From Trichodesmium erythraeum IMS101 (GTDB lineage Bacteria; Cyanobacteriota; Cyanobacteriia; Cyanobacteriales; Microcoleaceae), in the NCBI RefSeq assembly GCF_000014265.1, contig NC_008312.1:2550001-2582000 (forward strand): DNA of 32,000 nucleotides, written 5' to 3'. The position numbers and the translations under genes were made by a program. This document shows positions 1 through 9,689 of the stretch, piece by piece; position 1 is the stretch's first letter; every line of letters starts with the position of its first letter. Under the pieces are notes generated by a model. It was given only the letters and a program-made list of their open reading frames with translations. It made no database searches and had not been told where the DNA came from.

Positions 1-1644
1 ATATTTTTGACTCTTAAATTCTTTGACAAGGTTAGGTCTTGACATTGTCATATCTGCCACAGCAGAAACAATAGGTTCACCTTGCCAATTATCATAACTA
101 AGCACTATTGCATCTACAGGTAAATTTGTATCAGTAAATATTGCCCAACCAGTTGCTAATAAATTATTAGCCCCAATAAATTCTAGCTTTTCAAAAGTAC
201 CTTCTACTTGTCTACTATTATTCGTGTCTATTAACTCTGGAATTTGATTAGTCTTGATTAAGCCAGGATCTAAAAAGCCTAATTCTGTTAAGTAATGCGC
301 CCGTTGTTTTATATATTCAAAATAGTAAGAATCAATTAGATTTTGACAGTTGTCATGAGTAAAATCAATTAGTAGTAAACAGCCTTTATATTTCAAAAAA
401 TCTTGTTTCCATAACTTCATCTTTTCTACACTATAGGTGAAATTATGTACTTGTATAACAGTTATTATACCAATAAACCAGCAAATAACTTTCGAGAATA
501 AACTTCTATTAATTAAAAAAGAATATTTTTTAATAGCATCTTCTCCCACAATTATCATTAAATGAATTATAGAGATAATAATGTATGTTGAAAATGTTGT
601 ATATCTTGATGAAAGAGCTTGATCTATACCAAGTGTTACTCGACCAAATGATGTAACTAAAGCACTAATAACTGTATATGAACCAAGCATAATCCAGCTA
701 ATAGTTTTATCTCGTAATTCATAGTCTTTAATATGCCATATTACATAAGAAAATAAACCAATAAATAGAATAATAATTACTGCGCCAAGAATAATTGAAT
801 TATTTAGAGGTTGTATACTACTACCAATTCCTAGAGAACTACCTAAAAATGCTAGAAAATATTGGAAAGTTTGATCTGGATATTGAAGTGATTCTAATGG
901 ACTAGGGTGAGATAATGGTTTTTGATAATCATGAAAGTAAAAGGTTATATTAGCTATAAATCCAATTATCCAAAACAGATATAAAATTATATTTTTCCTG
1001 ATCTCTGACCAAGATTTTAGTTTGACTAAAGCTAGTATTGGTAAAACTATTACCCAAGCTAATAAACCATTAGCATAAGAAAAAGTGCTGATGGTTGATA
1101 AGGCCATACAAATTAAAATTTTGGCTATATTATTTAGTGGAGAATAAGCAATTAATATACAGGTAGTAATGCAGACTATAGGAGTAAAAACGACTATTTG
1201 AATACCCCACAACCAATTTTCATATTGAACAGCAGAAAAGATGAATATATTAGATATTAATGCTATGGTTATACTTTTAATATGCGAACCAGATATTGTT
1301 AGTCTATTTAACAGATAAATATTTACAGAAACTATACAGGCTAGTAAAAATGTAACTAACATTTCATATCTAATATTCCATTTAGTGATCAATGCTAAGG
1401 TCAGAAAAATTAGCCGGGGAAAAAATTTTCTACTTTCATTATGTTGTGCTATTAAATCATTAAAAGATAGGGTTCCTTGATTGAATTTTTCAAAAATAGC
1501 AGAGATTTGCCATTGGTCTTGAATTGGTACATTAATACTATATTTAAGGATAAGAATTCCTAAAACTATAGCTGGAATTATTGCTAGACATAAACTGATG
1601 CCTAAAATTAATCTATAACTTAATTTATAATTATTTTTTTGCAT
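1..1644 (-). CDS. Polytopic integral membrane protein (about 12-13 TM segments plus a soluble C-terminal domain). The 5' end is complete and the 3' end is cut by the window edge. Candidate GT-C-type (ArnT/PMT_2-like) glycosyltransferase.
   Basis: Not in the ORF track, presumably because it runs off the edge. Manual reverse-complement translation from ATG at 1644-1642 is open for all 548 codons down to position 1 (MQKNNYKLSYRLILGISLCLAIIPAIVLGILILKYSINVPIQDQWQISAIFEKFNQGTLSFNDLIAQHNESRKFFPRLIFL ... VADMTMSRPNLVKEFKSQKY). I spot-checked the frame at four separate places. Hydrophobic segments repeat through about residue 410, followed by a hydrophilic tail. The product call rests on architecture only. 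Confidence 0.7.
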   Translation of the reverse strand, partial: MQKNNYKLSYRLILGISLCLAIIPAIVLGILILKYSINVPIQDQWQISAIFEKFNQGTLSFNDLIAQHNESRKFFPRLIFLTLALITKWNIRYEMLVTFLLACIVSVNIYLLNRLTISGSHIKSITIALISNIFIFSAVQYENWLWGIQIVVFTPIVCITTCILIAYSPLNNIAKILICMALSTISTFSYANGLLAWVIVLPILALVKLKSWSEIRKNIILYLFWIIGFIANITFYFHDYQKPLSHPSPLESLQYPDQTFQYFLAFLGSSLGIGSSIQPLNNSIILGAVIIILFIGLFSYVIWHIKDYELRDKTISWIMLGSYTVISALVTSFGRVTLGIDQALSSRYTTFSTYIIISIIHLMIIVGEDAIKKYSFLINRSLFSKVICWFIGIITVIQVHNFTYSVEKMKLWKQDFLKYKGCLLLIDFTHDNCQNLIDSYYFEYIKQRAHYLTELGFLDPGLIKTNQIPELIDTNNSRQVEGTFEKLEFIGANNLLATGWAIFTDTNLPVDAIVLSYDNWQGEPIVSAVADMTMSRPNLVKEFKSQKY

Positions 1645-1760
1645 ATTTTTGTGGAGATTATATTTCAATACGCTTCAGTTAATATTTTTTTGGCAATTCT
1701 GTAACCTGAAAAGCTCATGATAAATTAGATACACAAACAATTCTGTCTACCTATTTAAAA

Positions 1761-1783
1761 AGCTAATAGCTAACAGCTAACAG
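1761..1783. repeat. Heptamer microsatellite AGCTAAT-AGCTAAC-AGCTAAC(AG), STRR-like, in the divergent intergenic region
   Basis: Read directly. It is related to the AGCTATC arrays at 14525-14546, 14662-14681 and 14775-14808. Confidence 0.7.
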
Positions 1784-1875
1784 TTATATGTTATATTAAT
1801 CTCTTACTGATTAGTAATCTAGATTCACTTTGCTTAAATCAAGCAAAAATATTCATCTCGCAAAACTAAAACTTA

Positions 1876-2943
1876 ATGATGAAAAAGATTTTTTCTCTCC
1901 TCCGTCAAACAGTAATTATCTCTTTAATAACATTTGGATTCACAGAAGTTGTATTCAGAATTTACCACAAAATTAATCCTTCATTTATGTTTTATGACCC
2001 CTCATCTTATAATCGCTGGCGAGGAAAACCCTTGTCTACAGATTATGATTTTCAGTTAAATTCTAGGGGATTTAAAGATGTAGAATTTACCAAAGAAAAA
2101 GCAGAAGGTACATATAGAATTATTGGTATAGGTGATTCTTTTGCCTATGGAGGTATTCCCTACAAACATAATTTTTTAACTCTATTGGAGTCTAAACTAA
2201 ATCAGGATAGTCAGCAATCTATAGAATTAATTAATATGGGAATAATTGCTATTGGACCGAAAGATTATTTATCCCTATTTGTCAATGAAGGATTAGAGTT
2301 AAATCCTGATATGCTTTTGTTATCTTTTTATATTGGTAATGACTTTTCTGATAACTATAAATCAAAACAAGATAGGAAATTACTTACAGTTCAAAGTTCT
2401 TATGTTTTATCTTTCTTTGATTTTATGATTAAGGTGAATAGTAAGTTTGAAGGGAACCTCTATCATCATGGTATTGAATATCGAGAAGACTTACCTACTG
2501 TACCAGATGACTTTCATTTACAAGAGGCTAAAAATAGAAGTTATATTTTTATCAAAAATCTTGAAAAAACAGATTTTCTAGAACATTTTAATGATGCTTT
2601 TAGCGACTTATTAAAAATCAAGGAAATCTGCGATCGCCAAAATATTAATTTAGTCGTAGTCTTAATGCCTGATGAAGTACAAGTCATTAAACCACTCAGA
2701 GAAAAAGTAATTACTAATTACAATTTTTCTCCAGAACAATTTGATTTCCGACAACCTAATAAATTACTATCTCAAGAACTGAATAAATACAATATATCTC
2801 ATCTCGATCTTGTCGAAGAATTTGTTAATACTGGTTCCGAAACTGTTCTCTACAAACCCAATGATATTCATTGGAATATTGCTGGTAATAAATTAGCTGC
2901 AGAAGTAATATATAAGTATCTCTCTGGGAAAAAATTTCCCTAG
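1876..2943 (+). CDS. Membrane-anchored SGNH/GDSL-type hydrolase or acyltransferase (class A)
   Basis: 355-aa ORF with an N-terminal hydrophobic anchor (LLRQTVIISLITFGFTEVVF). SGNH blocks occur in canonical order: I IIGIGDSFAYGG, II NMGIIAIGP, III LSFYIGNDFSDN, V PNDIHWNIAGNKLAAE. A ~175-aa insert lies between blocks III and V. The gene converges on the next gene with only 16 bp between stop codons. Confidence 0.85.
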   Translation: MMKKIFSLLRQTVIISLITFGFTEVVFRIYHKINPSFMFYDPSSYNRWRGKPLSTDYDFQLNSRGFKDVEFTKEKAEGTYRIIGIGDSFAYGGIPYKHNFLTLLESKLNQDSQQSIELINMGIIAIGPKDYLSLFVNEGLELNPDMLLLSFYIGNDFSDNYKSKQDRKLLTVQSSYVLSFFDFMIKVNSKFEGNLYHHGIEYREDLPTVPDDFHLQEAKNRSYIFIKNLEKTDFLEHFNDAFSDLLKIKEICDRQNINLVVVLMPDEVQVIKPLREKVITNYNFSPEQFDFRQPNKLLSQELNKYNISHLDLVEEFVNTGSETVLYKPNDIHWNIAGNKLAAEVIYKYLSGKKFP

Positions 2944-2959
2944 TTTTCAGTAGATTATT

Positions 2960-4372
2960 TTATTCATTTTTACTATCTCCTAATTGATTTTCATTGGCAG
3001 TAAGTGTAGTAAAAATTGAATTGGCTATAAAATCTGACAAAATATTTTCTCCAGCTTCAGTATAATGGCAACAACTATCTATATAAACGATTTCTTTGGC
3101 ATTATCTAAAATTTTCACACCATTGAAAAAATTCACACCATTTTGTTTTAAATTGTCTGTTTTACTTAAAAGTACAGGATATCCTAATTCTGTTGCTTCT
3201 CTAAAAGGACTATCAGAGTCAAAAGCAATTTTCTTTTCTGTTTCAGAAAAAACTCGGTTAGTAAAATAATATTGATTAGGTTGTAAAACATGAAAATATA
3301 AAATATTATTACTTGCAGCTATTTGCTCCATCATTATTGATGTTTTTTGCCAGTGTTCTGCCATTGTATCATATAACTCTGATTCTTTTAATTCAGGAGA
3401 CTGTGCATAAAAATAAACTATACTAGCTTCTGTTTCTCCAGCAGCTTGTGACGCTGCTTTTTTTCTTTCTTTATCAAATATTTTGACATTTTTACGATAC
3501 TTTTTTGCTAAATTTTGCACATAAATTGATGTTAGGGCATAACAATAAGCTACTTGACATTTATCTAAAGTTTCTAAGGTACCCTTTAACTTATTCTTAC
3601 TATCGTTAATTTTTAACATAGCTTGAATAGATTTTGTGGAGAGACTATTATTTGCTATATTCGTTAATGGTACAACATGGTTAGTACTTGGCATCATAAT
3701 ATTAACAGCATTTTCGTTGTTTGACTTAGCTATAGTTACCTCGTTAAAACCATCTATATTTATGATCATATCAAATTTCTGACCTATGGAAAGAAAGTAG
3801 TTTAATAGTATTAATTGTTGTGGTTGTTTATAGCCTCCTATTGCTAAAGATAAGATAATAAATTCCTTGTCCCGAAATTCTGGAAGTTGCTTTAATTTCT
3901 TTTCTAAGATTTGATTCTTAATTTCATATATTGAATAGTTTGAGGCAACTGAACCACCAAAAATTCCGATTATATATTGATTATTATTCTTCTTTTTATA
4001 AGGGTAATCATAAGGAGAAATAAAACCAGCATCATTATATTTAAAATCTTCTCTAAAATCTGGTCCAGGTTTTTGTACATACCCAAAGTAAGGATGAATT
4101 CTTTCTATTACAGAACTTTCTAACCTAATTCCTGCTAAGTTTATTCCCATGGGATTTGTATTGACATTAGCATTTTTATTTTCATTTTCATTTTCTAGTT
4201 TTTCTTCTTGATTGTTTTCTGTTACTTTTTCTCTAGTATAGAAAAATTGCTTATATTTGAAAAAATACCAACCTAAAGAACCTAACTCTAAAAATACAAA
4301 TAAGAAAATTATATTCATCAAAACAATTTTCCATAGTTCTGAGGTATTTTTCAAAAAACTCAATTTTTTCAT
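2960..4372 (-). CDS. Membrane-anchored protein, class B1 (uncharacterised family with SGNH-like motif order)
   Basis: 470-aa ORF with an N-terminal TM segment (IVLMNIIFLFVFLELGSLGWYFF). It is a paralog of 6828..8183. Shared motifs are HP(Y/F)FGYV, IIG(I/V)FGGSVA, GGYKQPQQL, NIDGFNEV, (L/I)QPNQYY, GYPVLLSK and EIVYxDxCCHY. A B1-specific low-complexity insert reads ENNQEEKLENENENKNANVNTN. Confidence 0.8.
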   Translation of the reverse strand: MKKLSFLKNTSELWKIVLMNIIFLFVFLELGSLGWYFFKYKQFFYTREKVTENNQEEKLENENENKNANVNTNPMGINLAGIRLESSVIERIHPYFGYVQKPGPDFREDFKYNDAGFISPYDYPYKKKNNNQYIIGIFGGSVASNYSIYEIKNQILEKKLKQLPEFRDKEFIILSLAIGGYKQPQQLILLNYFLSIGQKFDMIINIDGFNEVTIAKSNNENAVNIMMPSTNHVVPLTNIANNSLSTKSIQAMLKINDSKNKLKGTLETLDKCQVAYCYALTSIYVQNLAKKYRKNVKIFDKERKKAASQAAGETEASIVYFYAQSPELKESELYDTMAEHWQKTSIMMEQIAASNNILYFHVLQPNQYYFTNRVFSETEKKIAFDSDSPFREATELGYPVLLSKTDNLKQNGVNFFNGVKILDNAKEIVYIDSCCHYTEAGENILSDFIANSIFTTLTANENQLGDSKNE

Positions 4373-5068
4373 GGCAATTTTATAGCAAATAATTTATATA
4401 TTTTTTCAGTTTTACTCCAGCATAAATACTGGATATTTTGGATTTATATTATTTTGATAATAAGAGTCATACGACGAGGTATTTTTATGATTATATACAA
4501 CATATTCCTAATTAATAAATTATATATTTAGCCAGTAGTAAATAGGGAAAATGGTTTAGAGGATCTGGAACAGAGAAAAAATATTTACTCCGTCAGTTGT
4601 ACCACATTAATTATCAAATATACTGTAATAGCCTTTAACCTAATTATTTAAAAGATATCTGATAATTTAATTAAATAATACTTATTTTATAAAAAATCAC
4701 TAAATTCATGGTATCTAAAACAGTGAACTAGGAAACAAAAAACACATAAAAAAGGTTAATTTTTGAAAAATTGTGAGATAAAAATTTGGCTCTGTAATAT
4801 TTTTAATTTCACATTTTTTAAAAGCAAAAATGCAAAGCAATTGCTTTTTTGATGTCAGGAAAATACGCGGCTATTGCTAATTTTTTCTCAAACACAGAAT
4901 ATGTCATGAAAAAGATTGATTAAATATAAAACTTTACTGTATCAAAGTTTAACGTTATTTTTAACTTATGTTTTGTCTACCCATATAACAATTTTATTTC
5001 CTGCTTTAGGGACAATTAATTAATAGCTAATATCTAATATGTGAGAACTAAATGTACAACATTATCAA

Positions 5069-6322
5069 TCATTTAGAATCGCTATACTTTTCCAATTTAT
5101 ACTGATCACATAAATAATTTGACATGACTTCTCCTACAAATTTATGACCTTCTATATTCCAATGACCTCCACAGGGTTCCCCATTATCAAACCCATATAA
5201 ACACTTGCCTGTTTTTTTTGCTTTATCTCCTAATTGTCCCGCTAAAATATATACTGGAATATTCTCTTGTTTACCAAACGCTTCTATCCTTCTATCTGGA
5301 TAATATAAATCTGATAAATTATGAGCATTTTTAAATTTTTCACGATACTCTAAATCAGGATGTACTTGATGAGAATCACTAATTGCTATAATCATAAAAT
5401 CTGCTCTATTTTTATAGACTTCATCTCTCATTAATGTAATCAAACCTTCCGTTACTTGCCAACCTTTATCCCAGTCGGAATTTGATTCAGGTTCTCGATA
5501 AAAAGAGATAATAGTTTGACCATTATAATTTAAAAATTGACTTTGTTTATAATCCATATCAACTTTTCTGATTAGCTGTAAAATTCGGGAATTTCTCACC
5601 AACCAAATTGGCAATATATCAACCATTGAAAAAACATAACGCCCTCTTTCCCAAGGTTTCATTGTACGGAATGACATATCTGATTCTAACTGACCATTTT
5701 TATAAACAAAATAAGGTCTTAAGTGGTCGTGATCTAGAGGTCGATAATTATTCCGAATATCATTACCAGCATAAAAAGCTAATATAACTAAATCTGGTGA
5801 ATAATCCCAAACATGATGTCTCAATGTCATTAATTCTTGAGCTGTTCCATAACCCTGTACTCCAAAATTCATTACTTCAACTTTCTGGTCTTTTAAGTCA
5901 GGACATTGTTGTAAATTTTGCTCTATTATTGCACCATAAGTATCTTCTAATTTTACATGAACTGCTTCTGTAAAAGAATCTCCTAATAAGGCAATTCTTA
6001 AGCCATTTTCTGGTTTATTTTTACTACGTTCATAATCACGAAATCCCCCACTATTCATTTTCAACTCTGAAGGTATACCTTCTCCTGTCCAAAATGCTGT
6101 AGCGTTAGAATTTCCTGCCCAACCACGATTTGGATCTTTACTAGTATATAGAGACTTACTTTCTGATTTTTCATCTGTTCTTGGTGGTGGGAGATGTTCA
6201 ATTCCTGCTATTCTTAATCCTATTTCTCCCACAATCACAACAAATGTAAATGTAGCTATTATTATCCCTAGATTTACTACAAAATTTTGTAGCTTGTTTA
6301 TTTTTTCTGCTAAGTTTTCCAT
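5069..6322 (-). CDS. Membrane-anchored SGNH/GDSL-type protein, class C1
   Basis: 417-aa ORF with an N-terminal TM segment (VVNLGIIIATFTFVVIVGEIGLRIAGI). Blocks: I LRIALLGDSFTEA, II NFGVQGYGTAQEL, III LAFYAGNDIRNN, V-like CLYGFDNGEPCGGHWNIEGHKFVGE. It is one of five paralogs. Confidence 0.9.
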   Translation of the reverse strand: MENLAEKINKLQNFVVNLGIIIATFTFVVIVGEIGLRIAGIEHLPPPRTDEKSESKSLYTSKDPNRGWAGNSNATAFWTGEGIPSELKMNSGGFRDYERSKNKPENGLRIALLGDSFTEAVHVKLEDTYGAIIEQNLQQCPDLKDQKVEVMNFGVQGYGTAQELMTLRHHVWDYSPDLVILAFYAGNDIRNNYRPLDHDHLRPYFVYKNGQLESDMSFRTMKPWERGRYVFSMVDILPIWLVRNSRILQLIRKVDMDYKQSQFLNYNGQTIISFYREPESNSDWDKGWQVTEGLITLMRDEVYKNRADFMIIAISDSHQVHPDLEYREKFKNAHNLSDLYYPDRRIEAFGKQENIPVYILAGQLGDKAKKTGKCLYGFDNGEPCGGHWNIEGHKFVGEVMSNYLCDQYKLEKYSDSK

Positions 6323-6563
6323 CTATATTTTCGATTCAACCTGAGAAAGTACTGAGATTATTTTTATATTAATTTTTCACGAAATTGGGGAGAGAATTAA
6401 AAAGGTAATTGGTTGGAATTATACCTGCCAGTTTACTAATATAAATGCCTCGCCAGCTCCTGAATATTTTCCATAGGCAATTTATTTATTTAGGATTAAG
6501 TTTTTTCGGGTTTTCATTAGCTCTATTCAAGTAATTTTATATCTATATTTTCGATTAAACTAT
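6321..6563. repeat. Direct repeat of the C1 5' flank (ATCTATATTTTCGATT(C/A)AAC at 6321-6343 and 6541-6563)
   Basis: The first copy abuts the C1 start codon. The second lies 220 bp further upstream. Patchy similarity continues beyond both copies (e.g. CCAGT..CTAATAT..TGCCTC). Confidence 0.55.
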
Positions 6564-6827
6564 AGATAAAATTACCAAGATAATTAACTACAATTGTTTC
6601 TCCCAATTGAGTGAGATAAATTCCCAGTCAATTTCCTAATATTTTGCCTCATTAACTTTATAATTTTGGTTAACACATTCTCACTTTTCTCAAAGACAAT
6701 CACAGAAATAATTTAACTTATGATTACAGTTATAATTATCCTTAAATATATCAATACTAATTCCTATTATTAAGGTAATGAATTAACAGCGAATAACTAA
6801 TAAGTGAATGCTTAGGATGTTATTACT

Positions 6828-8183
6828 CTAATTTACTTCTTTCTTTTCCATAATAGTTTTGATAGAATTAGCAACATACCTTTCTAATATTGTCTGGCCA
6901 ACCATATTATAATGGCAGCAAGCATCTCGATAAACTATTTCTTTTTCCTCATCAAAAATATTCACAGTATTAAATATATTAACTTTTGCCTCTTGTAAGC
7001 TATTAATTTTAGAAAGTAATACTGGATAACCTTTTCTAACTCCTACAGCATAAGAATGATCTTCGATAATAAAAATTTTTTCTTCTGGACTGTAGACTTT
7101 TTCTGTAGGATAATATTGATTGGGCTGAATAAAGTGAAGGTACAATATATTTCTATCAGCTAGAATTTGACTCATTGTTAGTGATGACTCATACCAATTT
7201 TCAGCAACTTTCTCAAAAGCAACTTTTTCCTCTAATACTGCTGGCATTTTCTTCAAATATACTAGACTATTACTCCCATCAATTTTGCTAGAATTCTTGG
7301 CAATTTTTTTATCATATTTGATAATTTCTGTTTTATACCTGTCGAATAATCCTTTAACCTGCAAGCTTCTCCAACCATAACACAATGCTAATTTACAACT
7401 TTCCAATTTATTAATACCAGTTGATAAATTATTTTTCAGTTCGCTAATTTGAACTATCGCTGCCATTACGGATAAATCATCGCTAGCTAACTGCGTTAAA
7501 GGTAAAATATGTTGTATGCTTGGCAAAGATAAATCTATTCTTTTCTGATTATTTTGGTGAGATAGTGCTACTTCATTGAAACCATCTATATTAATAACTA
7601 AATCAAATTCTTGCCCAATAGAAATAAAATAGTTAAGCATTAACAACTGTTGCGGTTGTTTATAACCCCCACTAGCAAAACATAAAATGATAATTTCTTT
7701 TTCTTTTAATTGGGGAATTTGTTTTAAATTTTGAATAAATCCTTGATCACCTATGGATCCATTGGAAATTGAATTTACAGCAAAATCATTAGCAACTGAA
7801 CCCCCAAATACACCGATAATAAACTGATTTTTATTGCTTTTAACAAAAGGATAATCATACATAGATACAAGGCCATAATTATTAACCCTTATTCCTAATT
7901 CTTCGTTGGCAAAACTTCCTTGTTTTAGTACATAGCCAAAAAAAGGATGTAACCGTTCTAATATTGATTCATTATTTATATTTTCACCTAGTCTAGTTCC
8001 AGTTTTTTTCAACTCTTCTCTAACTTGAGAAATCGTATTTTTTCTCGTATAAAATAGTTGTTTTTCCTGATAATAATAAAATCCTAATGAAACAGCCTCT
8101 AAACCAATAAATGCTAAAATTAAGTTAATGCTAGCTAAACTCAATCCTGTTTTTATTACCTGAATTAATTTCAAATTTTTCAT
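6828..8183 (-). CDS. Membrane-anchored protein, class B2 (paralog of B1)
   Basis: 451-aa ORF with an N-terminal TM segment (LSLASINLILAFIGLEAVSLGFYYY). It carries the same motif set as B1 (HPFFGYV, IIGVFGGSVA, GGYKQPQQL, NIDGFNEV, IQPNQYY, GYPVLLSK, EIVYRDACCHY). Confidence 0.85.
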   Translation of the reverse strand: MKNLKLIQVIKTGLSLASINLILAFIGLEAVSLGFYYYQEKQLFYTRKNTISQVREELKKTGTRLGENINNESILERLHPFFGYVLKQGSFANEELGIRVNNYGLVSMYDYPFVKSNKNQFIIGVFGGSVANDFAVNSISNGSIGDQGFIQNLKQIPQLKEKEIIILCFASGGYKQPQQLLMLNYFISIGQEFDLVINIDGFNEVALSHQNNQKRIDLSLPSIQHILPLTQLASDDLSVMAAIVQISELKNNLSTGINKLESCKLALCYGWRSLQVKGLFDRYKTEIIKYDKKIAKNSSKIDGSNSLVYLKKMPAVLEEKVAFEKVAENWYESSLTMSQILADRNILYLHFIQPNQYYPTEKVYSPEEKIFIIEDHSYAVGVRKGYPVLLSKINSLQEAKVNIFNTVNIFDEEKEIVYRDACCHYNMVGQTILERYVANSIKTIMEKKEVN

Positions 8184-8465
8184 CGCATTGCCGAATTTTT
8201 ATTTTCCTATTTTTTAATCGCCAATAAACAATAGTTAAAACTCCAGTAAACTTATTTACAACAGTTTTCAGGTTGGGAAAATTAAAGAATATAATAACTT
8301 TGTAGGAAAGTTATATACCACTTCCCTGGGTTGTGGTTTACTAACATTTAAAAATCTTCTATACGAAGAGAAAAAATAACTATTTCAAGACCCAACTTTC
8401 CTAGGCCTCAAGCACCTATAACAAACCCCATAAATAAATAAAGATTTTCCCTTATACCTCCTTTA

Positions 8466-9689
8466 TTATTTTTTGAGTAGAGCAGTATATCTTTGGCATA
8501 AATAATTTCCCATTATTTCTCCTACAAATTTATGACCTGCTACATTCCAATGACCTCCACAGGGAATTGCATTATCAAACCCATGTAAACATTTACCTGT
8601 TTTTTTAGCTTCATCCCAAATGGGTCCCGCTAAAGTATAAACTGGTATATTTTCCTTTTTCCCAAAATTTTTTAGTCTGATATCTGGATAAAATAAATTT
8701 GATACATTCAAAGATTTTCTAAATCCATCACGCCTTTCAATATCTGGTAAAACTTGATGAGAATCACTCGCTGTTATCAACATAAAATCTGCTCCTTTTT
8801 CAGAGACTTCATCTCTCATTAATTTAATCAAACTTTCAGTCACTTTCCAGGTTTTTTCCCAATCAGAATTTGGTTGTGGCTTTTTATAAAAAGCTAGATT
8901 AATTTCACTATAGTCTTTTTGATACTGACGGTATTTACCATCAAGTTCTACTTTTCTAATTAGTTGTAAAATTCGAGAATTTTGCACTAACCAAAATGGT
9001 AAAAAATCTACTAGGGAAAAAGCATAACGATCTCTCTGCCAAAATTTTAAATCGCGGAATGACATATCTGTCACAAGTTGACCGTCTTGATAGATAAAAT
9101 AGGGTCTTAAATGGTCATGTTCTAAAGTACGAGAATTATTACGAAGGTCGTTAGCAGCAAAAAAAACTAATATAACTAAATCTGGTGAATAATCCCAAAC
9201 ATGATGTCTTAATGTCATTAATTCTTGAGCTGTTCCATAACCCTGTACTCCAAAATTCATTACTTCAACTTTCTGGTCTTTTACGACAGGACATTGTTGT
9301 AAATTTTGTTCTATTATTGCACCATAAGTATCTTCTAATTTTACATGAATTGCTTCTGTAAAAGAATCTCCTAATAAAGCAATTCTTAAACCATTTTCTG
9401 GTTTGTTTTTACTACGTTCATAATCTCGAAACCCTCCACTATTCATTTTAATTTCCGAAGGTATACCTTCTCCGGTCCAAAATGATTTGCCGTTAGCATT
9501 TCCTGCCCAACCTCGGTAATAGTCTTTGAAAGTGTAGGGAGAATTCTCATCTAATTCCCCGTCTATTCTTGGTGGTGGGGAATTCTCAATTCCTGCTGTT
9601 CTTAGGCCTATTTCACCTACTGCAACAGTAAATATTAATGTAGTGAGTGTGAGTCCTAAATTAATGACTAAATTCTTCAATTTTTTCAT
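8466..9689 (-). CDS. Membrane-anchored SGNH/GDSL-type protein, class C2
   Basis: 407-aa ORF with GDSFTEA, FGVQGYGT, a block III variant FFAANDLRNN and CGGHWNVAGHKF. The central part is nearly identical to C1. The C-terminal part is closest to C3. Confidence 0.9.
   Translation of the reverse strand: MKKLKNLVINLGLTLTTLIFTVAVGEIGLRTAGIENSPPPRIDGELDENSPYTFKDYYRGWAGNANGKSFWTGEGIPSEIKMNSGGFRDYERSKNKPENGLRIALLGDSFTEAIHVKLEDTYGAIIEQNLQQCPVVKDQKVEVMNFGVQGYGTAQELMTLRHHVWDYSPDLVILVFFAANDLRNNSRTLEHDHLRPYFIYQDGQLVTDMSFRDLKFWQRDRYAFSLVDFLPFWLVQNSRILQLIRKVELDGKYRQYQKDYSEINLAFYKKPQPNSDWEKTWKVTESLIKLMRDEVSEKGADFMLITASDSHQVLPDIERRDGFRKSLNVSNLFYPDIRLKNFGKKENIPVYTLAGPIWDEAKKTGKCLHGFDNAIPCGGHWNVAGHKFVGEIMGNYLCQRYTALLKK

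Noticed and set aside
4825..4856. Palindrome AAAGCAATTGCTTT followed by a T-run, considered as a terminator downstream of C1
   Set aside because: The stem is only about 5 A/T-rich base pairs. The T-run is on the plus strand, whereas the upstream gene (C1) is on the minus strand.
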